A DNA stretch of 53,642 nucleotides, filler included, from Catajapyx aquilonaris (taxonomy: Eukaryota), in NCBI GenBank assembly GCA_000934665.2. It is 3 parts of 3 records of this genome, joined end to end, with 100 filler letters (N's around TTAATTAATTAA, not from the genome) between each part and the next. Parts side by side here need not be neighbours in the genome. Positions count along the whole stretch, not along the records: positions 1 to 17,723 come from JYFJ02006890.1; positions 17,824 to 35,755 come from KZ539613.1; 1 more part is not named here. One strand, written 5' to 3'. This document shows positions 14,696 to 27,301 of the stretch, one piece after another. The translations under genes and the position numbers were made by a program. The notes beneath the pieces are model-generated. The model did no database searches and was not told the DNA's origin. It saw only the letters and a list, made by a program, of their open reading frames with translations. Numbering within the stretch: the first letter of the stretch is position 1; each line of letters starts with the position of its first letter.

Positions 14696-15315
14696 AGTCC
14701 GGGCCCTAAGCGGTTTGCACTTTATGATAAGAAAGTGCCACTTGGCACACATATTCCCTAGGCCTATAGGAGCCATTTGAGGTATGGCGCCACTTGATCG
14801 ATTCCTTATGTCATTTTTTTTTTTTTAAAAAAAACATTGCATGTCCTCTGCATATACCCCAGTTTACATAAAATTCCGAAATTGACAGGTTTTCGCTATA
14901 CTCATGGTCCGTTATGGATATGTCACCTCATTGCCTTGTAATACATCGGCAGATAGCCTCTGTATCATTTTCTGCCATTTTCTGCGGTTTTATCCGACTT
15001 TTATGTTTCGAGCCTCATGGGTTGCAATTCTTGGCAACACCGCATATCTCGTGACCTAAGGGCCGATCAGGTGGCGCCATATGTCAAATAATTCCTATAC
15101 CGGTATGCATTTATAGAGAACATATCTGCCAAGTGCCACCTTCTATCACAAATTGCCGGGTTAAAACGTTTAGGTCCCGGACCAGGGAAACACCGCATAA
15201 CTCGTGACCTAAGGGGCTGATCAGGTGCCGCCAACTCTCAAATGAGGCCTAGGGAACATGTGTAGCATGGAACCTTCTTATCACAAAGTCCAAAGTAAAC
15301 GCTTATGGCCGGACT
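14696..15315. mobile_element. MITE with tandemly duplicated right TIR
   Basis: Left arm AGTCCGGGCCCTAAGC...GGCGCCACTTGATC matches, inverted, two consecutive ~130-150 bp units at ~15036-15183 and ~15189-15315, the last ending GCTTATGGCCGGACT. Confidence 0.6.
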
Positions 15316-17723
15316 TATACTATCGGAAGCCGGGAAGCCACTCAAAATGTATACAACGGAAGCCAGAAGACCATTATCATTATTGAGATTAAAATATATA
15401 CCATATCTCTCGAGGAGGATACGAAAAATATTTCATTGGACGTTGGTATTCGTGTGACAGTAACTTAATCATACTGATTGCAGCACATATTTCTGAAAAA
15501 ATCTCAGCAGAATAATTTCATCATGTTATTTTAAGGCGAGTCATATGCTGTTCGTTTTTATTGAAATGAAATTTTTGAACTGAATTATATGCATATTATT
15601 TACTCTAGCAAAATCTTCAAATACACAAAAATACAATGTGTACGGGATAAAACGATCTCAAAATCATAAAGTTATAAATTTTAAGATCCACATATCTTGA
15701 TTGAATATTTTCTTCGATATGAAAAACATTTTTATTGAGGGAATTTTCACAAATCTTTAACGCATGTAAATGTAGGAAATCGATTCAGCTCGAATTCGCA
15801 AATAAATTGGTGTTAATCGCTCTCCTGCGAAGTGTTTTAAATCATGTTAGATTACACTGTTGACGCAGAGTACTTGGGAAATCTGTCAGATTGTGAGGTC
15901 ATTTCTATCATAACCTGGTCGACAATATTAAACACATGATGTGCCAGTGCAAATGCAGTTAGGGGGCCTAATAGGGTTTTCCGATGTCATGATGTCCTAT
16001 GTCATGATTCATATACGAATACGACACCTTCAGAAGGAGGTTGCGTTTGTTTGGTACCCCATACCCATACGATGTATAAAATGTAGAAGTTGATTATGAA
16101 AATTGTAATTGTCAGCTGTGACCAGATCTGTGAACCTGGCATGACCTCCGGTCACCACTGATATGATGATCGGTTTTGCATTTCCACAAAGGTCATTTTA
16201 TGTCACTTCACCCCAAATTGATTGTTTCTATATGAGGTCATGTGAAGAACAAAGTCAAGATCCCCAATAATCCTATAATATGCTAACTTAAGGTGAGGTC
16301 GAAAATCCTGATTTTTGTTATATTGGTGTAGCTAAGATGGCTAATGGTGTTTGCTACTTAATAAATATTCATACATTATGTATATGTAAAAGTTTGAATC
16401 CCATTCATTACAATTCGGATATTTGTGTGTGGCAATTTTGAATTTTCAGTTCAGAAGCGGTACCATTTAAATGAAATTACAGTTAACTTTTCCCCTTGGC
16501 AGCAAAGTTAGACCCTTTGAAGAATGAAAGGAATTAACGATTTCAGTTAAGGGGGAAACAAGGGGGGAAAGGTAATTAAATTGACTAAATTATGGTATTG
16601 GATTCATAATAAAAGTAATTTGGATTCATAATAAAAGTAATTTGGATTTTTTTTTAAATATATCAATAAAATACGCTTCTTAAAAGTCGAAGAATATAGC
16701 CCCAAAATTTTCGTAGGATAAGTACAAATCTTAATTTTTGGTGAGAATTAATGCTAGACAGATCACTCCATACCACAGGTTGACCAATGTCCACCACTCT
16801 AGGCAACCCCGAATTGTAGAAGTCAAGGAAAGAATCAGGCGATGAAATTGCAATAGTTTGCCTTGGTTTGCCTCCAGTGTGTTCACGAATTCATCCTAAT
16901 ATGATACGAGTGGTAAGGGGTGAATTTAAGAGGCATGGCATGGGCCCGAAAGGGTACGAAAGGTCCGATAAAATCGGTTTTGGAGATGTCGACTTTTGAC
17001 ATCGCTATGTCTATCCTTACAAGCCTGCATCACTGGTTGCTGACTCGCCCTCCAGACTACGGTACAAACTACAAAGTTGCTCAACCGTCCTGGCCCGGCA
17101 ACCAGCGATGCAATCATGTAAGGGGGTATCCATACTTGTCAGGATATACATCGTCGCTGGCCTTTTGACCCATGGGCCATATCATGGTTCTTTCATATGC
17201 ACCCCATATAACTTTGTCATATGAATTCATTTTCTGACGATGCAATTCAGTTAGGCCGACATTTGATTTTATGCCGTACATTACGCAGCAATAATTCGAG
17301 TATAACCTATGAGTTTAGAAATATTAATATTAGTAATCTGAAACCTCAAATAACTCTTATGAAGTGTTTGCAATTTTGATTGTTTTCCTTGTATTTTTTC
17401 CTTGTATTGAGACAACACACCTCTGTATAAAATCAACAAGTTTTTGTGCAAAAAATAACTTGTTTTGTATATTGCTAGACTAATTTAATGTGCATAGAAC
17501 TCAATAGAGCTTCACTCGAAGTTTTCATTTTAAGCAAATACTCTGACCGCCTTGAAACGGAATGAATTTTTCATGAAACGAGCTGTGGCTGTTTGAAAAC
17601 AACCAGACCTAGTTCTGGCTAGTTCGAAAACGACCATACCTACTCTCTAAAAAAATAAGAGTTAAATTAACTCTTTTTAACCTTGAAAGTGGTCATTACC
17701 AAAAATGAGTTATAATAACTCTT

Positions 17724-17823
17724 NNNNNNNNNNNNNNNNNNNNNNNNNNNNNNNNNNNNNNNNNNNNTTAATTAATTAANNNNNNNNNNNNNNNNNNNNN
17801 NNNNNNNNNNNNNNNNNNNNNNN
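17724..17823. other. Artificial contig-joining spacer
   Basis: 44 N + TTAATTAATTAA (17768-17779; stop codons in all six frames) + 44 N = exactly 100 bp; identical to 35756-35855. Confidence 0.95.
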
Positions 17824-18606
17824 TTTTACTTTCACCAATGAATTTCTGGCCTGCGATTTACCCCTAGTGTCATTTTCGGGCCGATTGGCCGATGGCCCTA
17901 CAGACACTTCCCTTGTTAGTGCAAGTATTACTCCAACATTTCTAAATTCAACTCAGAACAACCACTTGAAATCTGAACAAAGCCTGACGTAAGTGTCACC
18001 TGACAATCTCTTACACCTCATCGTTATTCCTTGGACCTACCAGGGGAATACAACTATGGAAGATGCACTTGTTTAAAGTCTTTAAACTTTGAGGTGTCCA
18101 CACCTAGCTTGGCCTTTTCAAGCAGCAGTGACTTTGCCTTTTGGCCACTTGCAATATGGCAGTGAAAAGTGCCCTGGGGCCACTACAGCTGTCACACGTA
18201 CAGCAATGATAACTAAGAACATGCCAGTGAAAAATCTAACATGACCAATAGTATGATGAACATTTGCTTAAAAGCAAGCAGTTGCTACACCAATGTTTAT
18301 CACAATGTGAATGTGCAGTAACCTAACCTCTTGGATGGGTATACAAATGCCATAATTCTGCCAATGATCAATATTGTCATTACTATAAGAAAGTTTCAAA
18401 CAGTGGTAAACAATAATGTCATTTGGCACTTACAAAAGTCAGAGTATAGTTTTGTGTTCACTACATTGCAGTTTTGTGTTTACTGTTCATTATTTGTGTG
18501 TATGGGTGAGTGAGCAATGAGTACAGTGAGGTAATTTCTCATATTATCAGTGAAACTGATTCATTCCTAATAGTGAACATGTGAACATAGGAAATTTTTT
18601 TCTCAC

Positions 18607-21600
18607 CGTGTCATGGAAATCTTCAATGGTAAACTGTGGAAATCCCAGCTCAACAAGGGAGTCCTTACTCCTTTGTGCTATGCTGAAGAACCTGTTAACA
18701 AAAACCATGCAAATTATTAGTGCGGTAGAAGGTGTGGTACAGTGTTGGACATAAATCGAGGCATATTGCTAGCGACATTTTCCGAAGCGGCAGAAGAAAG
18801 AATCGAAGATAAGGATCAGCCCCCGGACACTTATACTACATTCTGATGTCATTTATATGGCCATGAATAAACTGGCTCAGTAAAAACCCTGTACACTGTT
18901 TGGTTGCTAGGACAGTCTTGTATACTAAGTTCTGAGCACTCCCCCTCTTATCGTGTGCCATTGTCTGTGAACACCCATAGCCTCCTGAGTCATATGTCGA
19001 CATTCGGGAAAAAATTGTTTTCGCCAAATGGGATGTAACTTTTCTGTACTTGCCAGTACCTATACACCCACACGAACGTGTGCTTTGCAGTCCAGTTCAG
19101 TTTTAAAATCTAGAATAACGAGGTACCATGCTAGGGGGTAAGAAGGGAAGGTGCAAGCCCCATGCCTGGAGTGGTGGCCTTGGAAAAGAATTTCATATTT
19201 ATCTTTAATTGTCTTCTGCGAGGAATATATTGCTACCACGAATTCCACAAATGAATGTAAAAAACATTGTTTGGAGGATAGAGCACTATGTTAGTGATCC
19301 ATTAGTGGCATTAACTCTTTGGCATTCATCCATTCTGCTTTTGTGGCAGCAATTGAGTGATTATTTCGTTATTTATTATTGTCATTATTTTGGTCAATAT
19401 TTTAGAACTATAATTTTTTTCTCATTTCTTATTGACAATATGTTAAGAAAATCCAACAGGAACTGACATTGTGTTACAAACTTTTTCTTGGGTCTCAGGA
19501 GGATAGGGAGAGGGGTTAGCAACTAGGAACTGCTGCAGTAGCCAAGGGCCCTGGCGAACATTTCTGGAATTTGTATTGTTTTCCTGGATCCATCATTCAG
19601 TTCCTAGTGTCCCAGAACAACACCTACGTAAAGTAGGCTCCTGCATTTTATTGCTTTCTCATGTCCATCTTTTTCGTCTCCGAGGTCCTGACATAAATGA
19701 TGAATCAAGGTTTTACTCTAGTATATGTATAATTATTGAAATAAAAATTACTGAATGTTTATAGCACTGTCAATTATTTACATTTGCGAAAGTGCAACTA
19801 AAGATGCAACTTTCAAACCAAGACTTTCAAAACATGTAGAACAGTTGTACAGGTGTTTAAAGACTATGTATATCAATTTAACAGGAGAAGACCAAGAAAA
19901 TATTTTTCTTCAGTGAATGCATGTTCACTGATGTCATCCTCATCTGAATTTGGCCAGAGGTAAAATGGGAACAGAGATAGAACCTGTGTTTGCAGTCAGC
20001 ATTCGTAAATAGGATACAGAGAGTGTAACATGGACCATGTTACTACTGGTGAGATGGCTGACACACTGTATGTCTGGCAAATGGGGCTGCCAATGAAACG
20101 GTACAATCTCGAATCTTTTAAAATATACAGTGATAAGTGCTTCAACATTGTTATGCATGCAATGGCATTGTCAGTCGCATCTTTGAGCACCTTCTTTAAT
20201 AAACATGTTGTTCACACTTGCTTACATTAATTTATGTACCAGCTCCACCGGCATCTTTCTGTGCCCTCTAGGTTCGGTTAGGTTAAGTTCAGACATAATT
20301 TATGCTCCAAAGAAATACTTGCCCTCTTGCATGCCCAAGATCAAATTACATAAAAGCATAGCTATCCAACCTCAACCAATTAGAAACACACTTTAGGGTC
20401 ATTCCCACGTGCCACAGGGATCATGATCCTTACCCCCGAAAAACGCGATTGGGGTGTTCCCACATGCCCTTCCTCCACCCGAACGCGTTTACGAAGGTGA
20501 CTGTGGCAGCCAGCTTGAGGAAGTTGGCTGCCACTTTCCGAGTCGCGATCCTGACGTCACTCCCCCCTCGGGTCTTAGCCGAGCAACATGGCGGCTCTCT
20601 TCTTGGCCCCGTCTGCCCCCACGCTCTGCGGGCGGCCAGGACCTGTGTAATAACGTAGATAGCATGCCTCCATGCTATTACAGCCAGGCCTATCGTAGAG
20701 TCACCTGTGCCTTTGTCCGGGAGCCGAAGCGAGAGTCATTTTTTCGCCAGGCGGGAGGACGTGCTTCCAGACCCATCTACCGATAATCACGAAAAGTACG
20801 TGGCTTGTGGGAACAGTCACCAAATGATCCTGATTTTGCCCATCAGAATCGTGGTTGAAGATTGAGATTTTGTGGCACGTGGGAACAGTTGACCCTTTTA
20901 TCTCACTCTGATAATGGCTCAATTGTTATCCTGTGGTTAAGAAATATGCCATTACTCACTTACGGTACTAGGTTCAGCAAAATTTTTCTCAGAATCATGA
21001 AGTTATCATAAATTTATTTGCAAACGAATGTAGGTTAATTATTAAACGTATTTAAGAGCTGACCTTTGGTAGGCAGTCTTGTCTTGCAGCAGGCGTTCGA
21101 GGTAGGCAAATGCAAAGGCGCGGAAGAAACAGTTTCCATCTGGCCTGGTGCGCCTGATGTGCTTGTACTTGCCACTCAGGTCCTTCACTTTCTTGCAGTA
21201 CACCTCATCCTTTTCATACTCTGCTGCAAGTTGACTCAAGTCCTCCCTTGCTCCAACCAGGGGTATCGAGTCTGAGATCTCCTTCTCTATGCGCTGCTGC
21301 TGTGCCAATATCATGTCATCTTGGTTTGTGTCTGAAATCACAAAGGCAGGTTAATCTCTTTTATAGTGTCCAAAGTATGGGATCGATTGCTGACCCTCCA
21401 AGGTGGAAGCCTGTGGCGCTAACCACTACACCACCATACCATCCTTATCTAATGTAGTACCCCTATAGCTTCCTGAGCTAACTGTAAAGAATGTCCATGA
21501 AAAGTGATATTCATAATACTAATCAGGGAATTACACAAGCTGTCCTAGCCCAATTTTTCTTAAAACACATCTCACGAGTTGGGGAATATTAATTCTTGAA

Positions 21601-21861
21601 ATACTACAGTACAGAGACAATCTAAGTAAAAAATCAAGGAGTTTGTTGTTAGTCTCGAGTTGGAGGTCCACTGAAGGACAGGTGCCATTACCTGCCCCTT
21701 GCTTGATCTTTTAGCCTGACACTAAAAAGCATTATTTTTAAATGGTATTTAGGCTTAGATGGCTGAACCAGAAGTTGACTAGTATTGCCATCAGAGCTGT
21801 ACTGGCTACCTGAAGCAATGATGAACAGGGGGTAGTTTATATTGCAAGGGTGGTGAAACAG

Positions 21862-21902
<41 letters not shown>

Positions 21903-23227
21903 NNNNNNNNNNNNNNNNNNNNNNNNNNNNNNNNNNNNNNNNNNNNNNNNNNNNNNNNNNNNNNNNNNNNNNNNNNNNNNNNNNNNNNNNNNNNNNNNNN
22001 NNNNNNNNNNNNNNNNNNNNNNNNNNNNNNNNNNNNNNNNNNNNNNNNNNNNNACCCCCCCCCCCCCCCCCCTTCCTGCACTCCTAGAACGAATTGCAAT
22101 AACAAAAGGAGATTCTGAGGAGAGCAAGGAACTATATTTTTGATCCTAAATTACAACATTTTGTATTTCATTTTCTTACTATGCCCACTCTGCCTTGTCA
22201 ATTACTGCAGAATTATTTATATTTTACGCCTCTGAATTGTCACTACAATTTTCCAGGGTTACTCTCACTTTCTTCCCTCCACTTACATAATATAGATATA
22301 CAAAATTGTCCACTCACCACTGGGTGGCACAGTGGAGTTGTGGTTATCACCACAGTCTTCCACATCTGAGGATATAAATGTTTTGTCAAACCCATGACAC
22401 AGTACTGGACCAATTATATTTTTAAGCTGACAGATACTGCTATGAAGGGGTTAAAAGTGTTCTACACCTGGCCTGTCTAGGGGCAGCAAGGTGGTGTAGT
22501 GGCCACAGCTTTCTACCTCTGGGAGAAGCCACTGAAACGCTTTCCATAGGTGAAAATCCCTTTCTCCAACCCAAGGATTGAATACAAGAATTCAGAGGTT
22601 GACAGCTGCGGCCATAATCACTACACTACTGTGCTGCCCTAACTGCTAGTATTAGGTTGAATGGAGGGCATGCCTGAGTGCTACTTGCACCAGATCCAGA
22701 AGTGTTTTCAGTGTAGTACATTACAGTATTTCGAGAGATTTTTTTAAAAATTTACTGGTGGAGCGGGATGGTCAGATAATCGGGGTTCTACTGTACTCTC
22801 TGACTTAATCACCTTTGCTGACATTCATCATGATTTGCCCTTACACTATCTGTTACCTCGGTCCTTTGCAATTGGAAGTTTTGTGATAAAATTCTTAAGC
22901 TGACTGCTTGCAACCAATATGGAGTAGCTTTCATGTAGAGCTCTTGTGACATTCTAGCTCCTACCAGGTTGGCTGGCAAGCCTTTCAACTCTTATATTAG
23001 CCAATCATTTCTTTATAATCTCTAAAAGTAACTGATCAAAAGTAATTAGGAACACTTCAACTGGAACACAATGTATTCCATACAGAGTAAAGTAGACGTT
23101 ATCAAATTAAGCACACATGTTAACTGGGGCCATTTTGGGAGCAAAAATTCATATTACTTGGGTCATAGGCACAGTTATTCTCTGCCTTATCTTCTTGTGA
23201 ATTTGATGAGTTGTCATTGGTTGACAT
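18607..23227 (-). CDS. OTUB1: Otubain (OTUB1-like) ubiquitin thioesterase, peptidase C65; first three coding exons, 3' part missing beyond the contig end
   Basis: complement(join(18607..18691,21064..21331,23158..23227)); all GT-AG with consistent phases (1, 2). Protein MSTNDNSSNSQEDKAENNCAYDPNTNQDDMILAQQQRIEKEISDSIPLV...IRRTRPDGNCFFRAFAFAYLE...YQRFFSIAQRSKDSLVELGFPQFTIEDFHDT contains the otubain catalytic RPDGNCFFRA motif. Confidence 0.93.
20396..20895. mobile_element. PIF/Harbinger-like MITE in an OTUB1 intron
   Basis: TIRs GGGTCA..TTCCCACGTGCCACA / TGTGGCACGTGGGAACAGTTGACCC; GGG termini, TTA/TTT flanks, internal TTCCCAC subterminal repeats; CpG-rich relative to its surroundings. Confidence 0.65.
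21064..21331 (-). CDS. OTUB1: OTUB1-like exon with catalytic Asp/Cys (RPDGNCFFRAF)
   Basis: Acceptor tttcag|AC and donor AAG|gtcagc on the minus strand; 268 bp; ORF track 21042..21341. Confidence 0.95.
21377..21438 (-). mobile_element. Decayed tRNA-derived SINE head
   Basis: Minus strand TGGTGGTGTAGTGGTTAGCGCC...GCAATCGATCCC: box A plus a degenerate box B; similar heads at ~22321, 22481, 22575-22640 and ~33890-33955. Confidence 0.5.
21864..22053. repeat. (CT)n microsatellite running into a 151-N scaffold gap
   Basis: (CT)n 21864-21902, N 21903-22053, then poly-C. Confidence 0.9.
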
Positions 23228-23654
23228 CTTCTCCTGGGCACAAGCAGCCTCACAATTCTGCAGAAGAGTGATAAACAATCACTTAGCATTTCACACATTA
23301 CACTCCCACCCTTCTAATGCTAAGGGTTGCATTTCCAATGACTTGAAAATGTAACTTTCTAAAAAAAAGAGAGAGAAAAAAACACACACACAAACATTTA
23401 AAATATCAGTAGGCTATACACTATGGGTGACATATGGAATGGATGGATGGAAATGGTGGAGGCTGTTACAAATTTTTACAAATAATAATCATTGAAAGCC
23501 ACAAAATTCTTAATACTTCAAGGAAAGTTACACTAAACATTATATTGGGTGTAAATGAGGTGACATAATCACAGAAAACTGTCCTGCATAAGTTAACTCT
23601 TACTCCAACAATCAGGTCACTAACCCTCTACACCTTTGACAGGATTTAATTTAA

Positions 23655-24512
23655 CCCAGATAATGCCAGGAAAAGTTTTTGTTGAATTTTTGAACTTTCT
23701 TTGTTTCTATTAGTTCATATTGGTTTCCAAAACACAAAAATCGAGATAAAACATTTTTCTGACTACTTGTTTGCGAGAAAATGGCCGTTCCCTATAATGG
23801 GATGCTTGGAAAATGTAACCTAGTATGGCTATAACAGTTGTTGATTACATTACCATGGCAACAGTGACATTCAGCAATATCCACAGTTTCATAATATCAC
23901 CACTGATTGATTGTTGTCAATTGCATTACCACGGAAACAGGCCGTGCAAAGAAGTTGTAATTTGGTTGCAATTAACAACAATCAAGCATTGTTGCCATGG
24001 TTGCCATGTTAATGTAATCTCGTATTAATTATATGGATTCATTAAAATACAGTTCAACAAAGTGTACAAATCCACACACATACTTCACTTATCCAAATGT
24101 GGGTGCATTTGCCTCTTGTGTTTCCCAGAGGGGACACCAGATTTCAACACTACTCTCGGACAAGGAAAGTAAAAAAATATGCCTATATTTCCCCATCGAC
24201 ATCATCATTAATAGTTTTCTAATTATTACAAACAATAAATAACTCCTAACACAAATCAATATTCGAAAATTAATTACTTATCGTCTTCGAAACGTGGATG
24301 TGCAGCCATTATTTCCTGCGTTAAAATTCAAACACCTGAATCTTAAAAATCTGAAGCAATATTGAGCAGGTTTGAACTTGTATCATTAACTGGGACTCTA
24401 CTGAAGCACGCTTGACTACTGCCAGCTCTTTAGCAGCAGAAGAACCTGCGCAAAAAAATAAAATGTAACAACGTGCAGGTGTCCCCTATAGGGGACACTC
24501 GGCATATATGGG
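23655..24512. mobile_element. piggyBac-like non-autonomous element
   Basis: TTAA|CCCAGATAATGCC at left and GGCATATATGGG|TTAA at right; subterminal palindrome GTGTCCCCTATAGGGGACAC near the right end. TIR match is imperfect. Confidence 0.45.
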
Positions 24513-26879
24513 TTAATACAGCATCTCTCCTTGTGGGAGACAGGTAAAGTAGTACCATCCTAATAATCCCAATTGATCACATGAATGTATAACAACACAG
24601 GTATGCTGTTGGCACTAGTGTTTGTTCTAACAGAATCAATCAAATAATTTATTTCTATACTTTGGTTCACATCCTCAGACCTGACAACTGCAAGCTGGAG
24701 TTTTACCTGACTGCATGTGTACTGTACACACACACGTTATGCATAAATAGCAGAGAATTCCTTCACTTGCCGTTAACAGTTCACGAAGTACATCTGCACA
24801 ATGATTTTCATGTTACCTTTATAAGATATCCAGTCTATCCATGACCATGTCTCACACTACTTTAACTTTCAGATGGTTGCCTACTTGTCATGTGAGGTGA
24901 TTCAAATGAGAGTGAGACAGCCACCTGTTCATAGACATGGCTATGAATATACGCAGATCAATAAATCCTGACACTTCAGATTGGTCTCATTGATCCACCC
25001 AAAAAATTTGCTTACAAATCTGGCAAAACTCCACATTTTAAATATTGTACTGGACTTTTTGCTCGCACTGTAAATGTTGCCTCATATGACAGCAATATGC
25101 AAATGGCAACAGGCAACAGAAATCTCATGACCGAGTTCAGAATGGAGGGGATGGCTGTGATGAACAATTAATGTTGTAGTCTTCAATCCAAAAAGTAATT
25201 TTTACTGATTGTGCATTACATTGTGAGCAACCTAAAATGGTGGGTCAATCTAGATCTACTGTATTCAATGCCTCAGGACTCTTCATTGTTCAATTGTAAC
25301 TACTCTAGACCAGTTGACAGGCTCACTATTTCGAAACTCAAGTATTCATGTGTTGAGAACCAAGTACATTTTAGTAGAAGATATCGGGTGAGATTTCTCC
25401 AAGACCACAGAAATCAAGTTGAAATCCCATGATGATAGTGTCCTCTATTTGTCTGGCCTAGTCCTTTGTGGGCAAGTGGCCACACAATTTGTGAACGAAC
25501 AAGCAGCCTAATCTGTAATGTTCCTTTCAGCACTTAGAAACTTAAGTCACAAGAAATGACCACATGAATAATCAATGAACCTTGCATTCCATGCCAACAC
25601 CAGAAATCCATCACTACAAATTCCCACGATCAGTGTGATAGTACCGAAGTTAACAAATATCACCAGAACACATCCATCACCTCCCTCGAAACACCAGGAC
25701 CCGACACAATCTGAAGTACACATAATCGAAGCAAATAACAAGTGAAACAAGCATGTGCTACACTCTTCGGCTGGAACAATGAGCTCAATCCTAACCCAAC
25801 ACCCTTTTGAATCACATTCATATTTTTTCTTTCTCACTCTTGTCTCACCCTTTTTAAAAACTCTTCCTCTCTCCCTTTTTTCCCCCCTCCCCACCCTGTC
25901 GATCTGAATGTGTGGAACAGAGGGTGGGTGGTAGGGTGTCGCCCTGAATGCTAAGTCAGATGATATACCAGTGCCTTTTTACGCCCTTGAAGAAACTTCC
26001 ACTCTCGTACCGTGCTCAGTGTTTCTTCTTCTTCCTGTATTTTTTTTTTTCCTTCACTTTTTCACTCCACCATGAGCAATGCGATCACATGAGTTTGGAT
26101 CGCCCTATGCGACGGCCATTTTCAACGCACCATTTTAGATCCAAACTAGAGTAGGTGGCGCTGAAAGACGGTTGGTTACGGTTGGTTATGGTGGGAATCC
26201 TGGGAACCACTCTGGCAACCACTGGGAACCACACTGTCTTACGGAGAACCATAAGGGATCCTACATCATTGGAGCCAATATGGATGCCATCTTTCATTAA
26301 GTCAATCGAAGTCAACATGGAAGTCAATAAACTACAAAAAAAGTAGGGTGTAGTTTTTAAATAATTAATTGTACTCATTAAAAGGTTAAAAAGTGGCTCA
26401 CTTCCTCTCCTGCAAAAATATAGTATGACAAATGTAATACAGTAATAAGCGCATTTTTTCCCCTACCAATATGCTTGCCAATATGTCATAATAACATCCG
26501 CCAGTACAGTGCTTTCCGGAATGATTTCATACGTAATACTGCGCTCAATTAACATGCAGTCCATTCCAGTACTTACAATTGTTAGCTGCAATTTATTCCT
26601 CTCCCTTCTACTCTTCTTATTCAAAAGAAAACCCTTCTCCATAACGCACGTGTGTTACAGCTACGGTTACAAACATGGAGGTGATGTTCAATAGATAACT
26701 GCTACTGATAACTATTATTTACTGCGGTGCTCTAGTCGTTACTAAAATTCATGTGGTTCAGAGAGAATCGCGGCAATATTGATGAAACTGGATCCAGCAC
26801 GTACACATGGCCTTGCAGAATTCTATCTGAAAGACAGGACCGGATAGGACAATGACGACCTTATCTAATAACACAAATA

Positions 26880-27110
26880 GCTGGTTCTAAAGCGGCACCT
26901 AGCGTGTGGCTCAATTTTTTGACGTCATGCAACATCCAATCCTCCTCATTCTGCCAAGGTCAACAGCAGCAGCTGCCGACCACCTGACCGAAAGCGGCAC
27001 CAAATCCCGCCGTCGGAATGGGCAATGGGGAAGGCGGATAGGGTGGATGGAGGGGGCAGACGGCGGGCGGGTGGGGCGGCCGACGTCCCTGCTCCTAATC
27101 AACTAATAAT
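26880..27110. promoter_or_regulatory. Candidate bidirectional CpG-rich promoter for OTUB1 and SGPP
   Basis: CpG/GC-rich island between two divergent genes in otherwise CpG-poor DNA; palindromic CRE TGACGTCA (26920-26927), GC boxes GGGCGGGTGGGGCGG (~27065-27079), direct repeat AAAGCGGCACC (26889, 26991). Confidence 0.55.
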
Positions 27111-27301
27111 CTATCCCTTGGCATGACACACTACTAGGCTATGTGGAGGTGATTCATTAACACGTACCCGATGTTAGTTACTACCAGATAAAAGGAGCCA
27201 AGTGCATATATTCTGTCCTTGGTACAGGTGCACTTCATTGATACGTTTAGTTCATTGACTTGTGGTCTGTACTGCATCGGCAGGTGATTGCAAATCCAAC
27301 T

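Noticed and set aside
1..17723. Host gene in piece 1
   Set aside because: No ORF or exon chain with recognisable homology; small exons cannot be excluded by eye.
17768..17779. TTAATTAATTAA as a piggyBac target or regulatory site
   Set aside because: Centre of a synthetic spacer repeated at 35800.
19940..20158. Minus-strand ORF containing SYLRMLT, reminiscent of otubain VYLRLLT
   Set aside because: Wrong order (it lies before the 18607-18691 exon), flanking residues do not match, and no fitting splice sites were found.
25130..25850. Jockey/I-like LINE 3' remnant
   Set aside because: Only a faint TRNDH-like motif was seen; too weak to call without a profile search.
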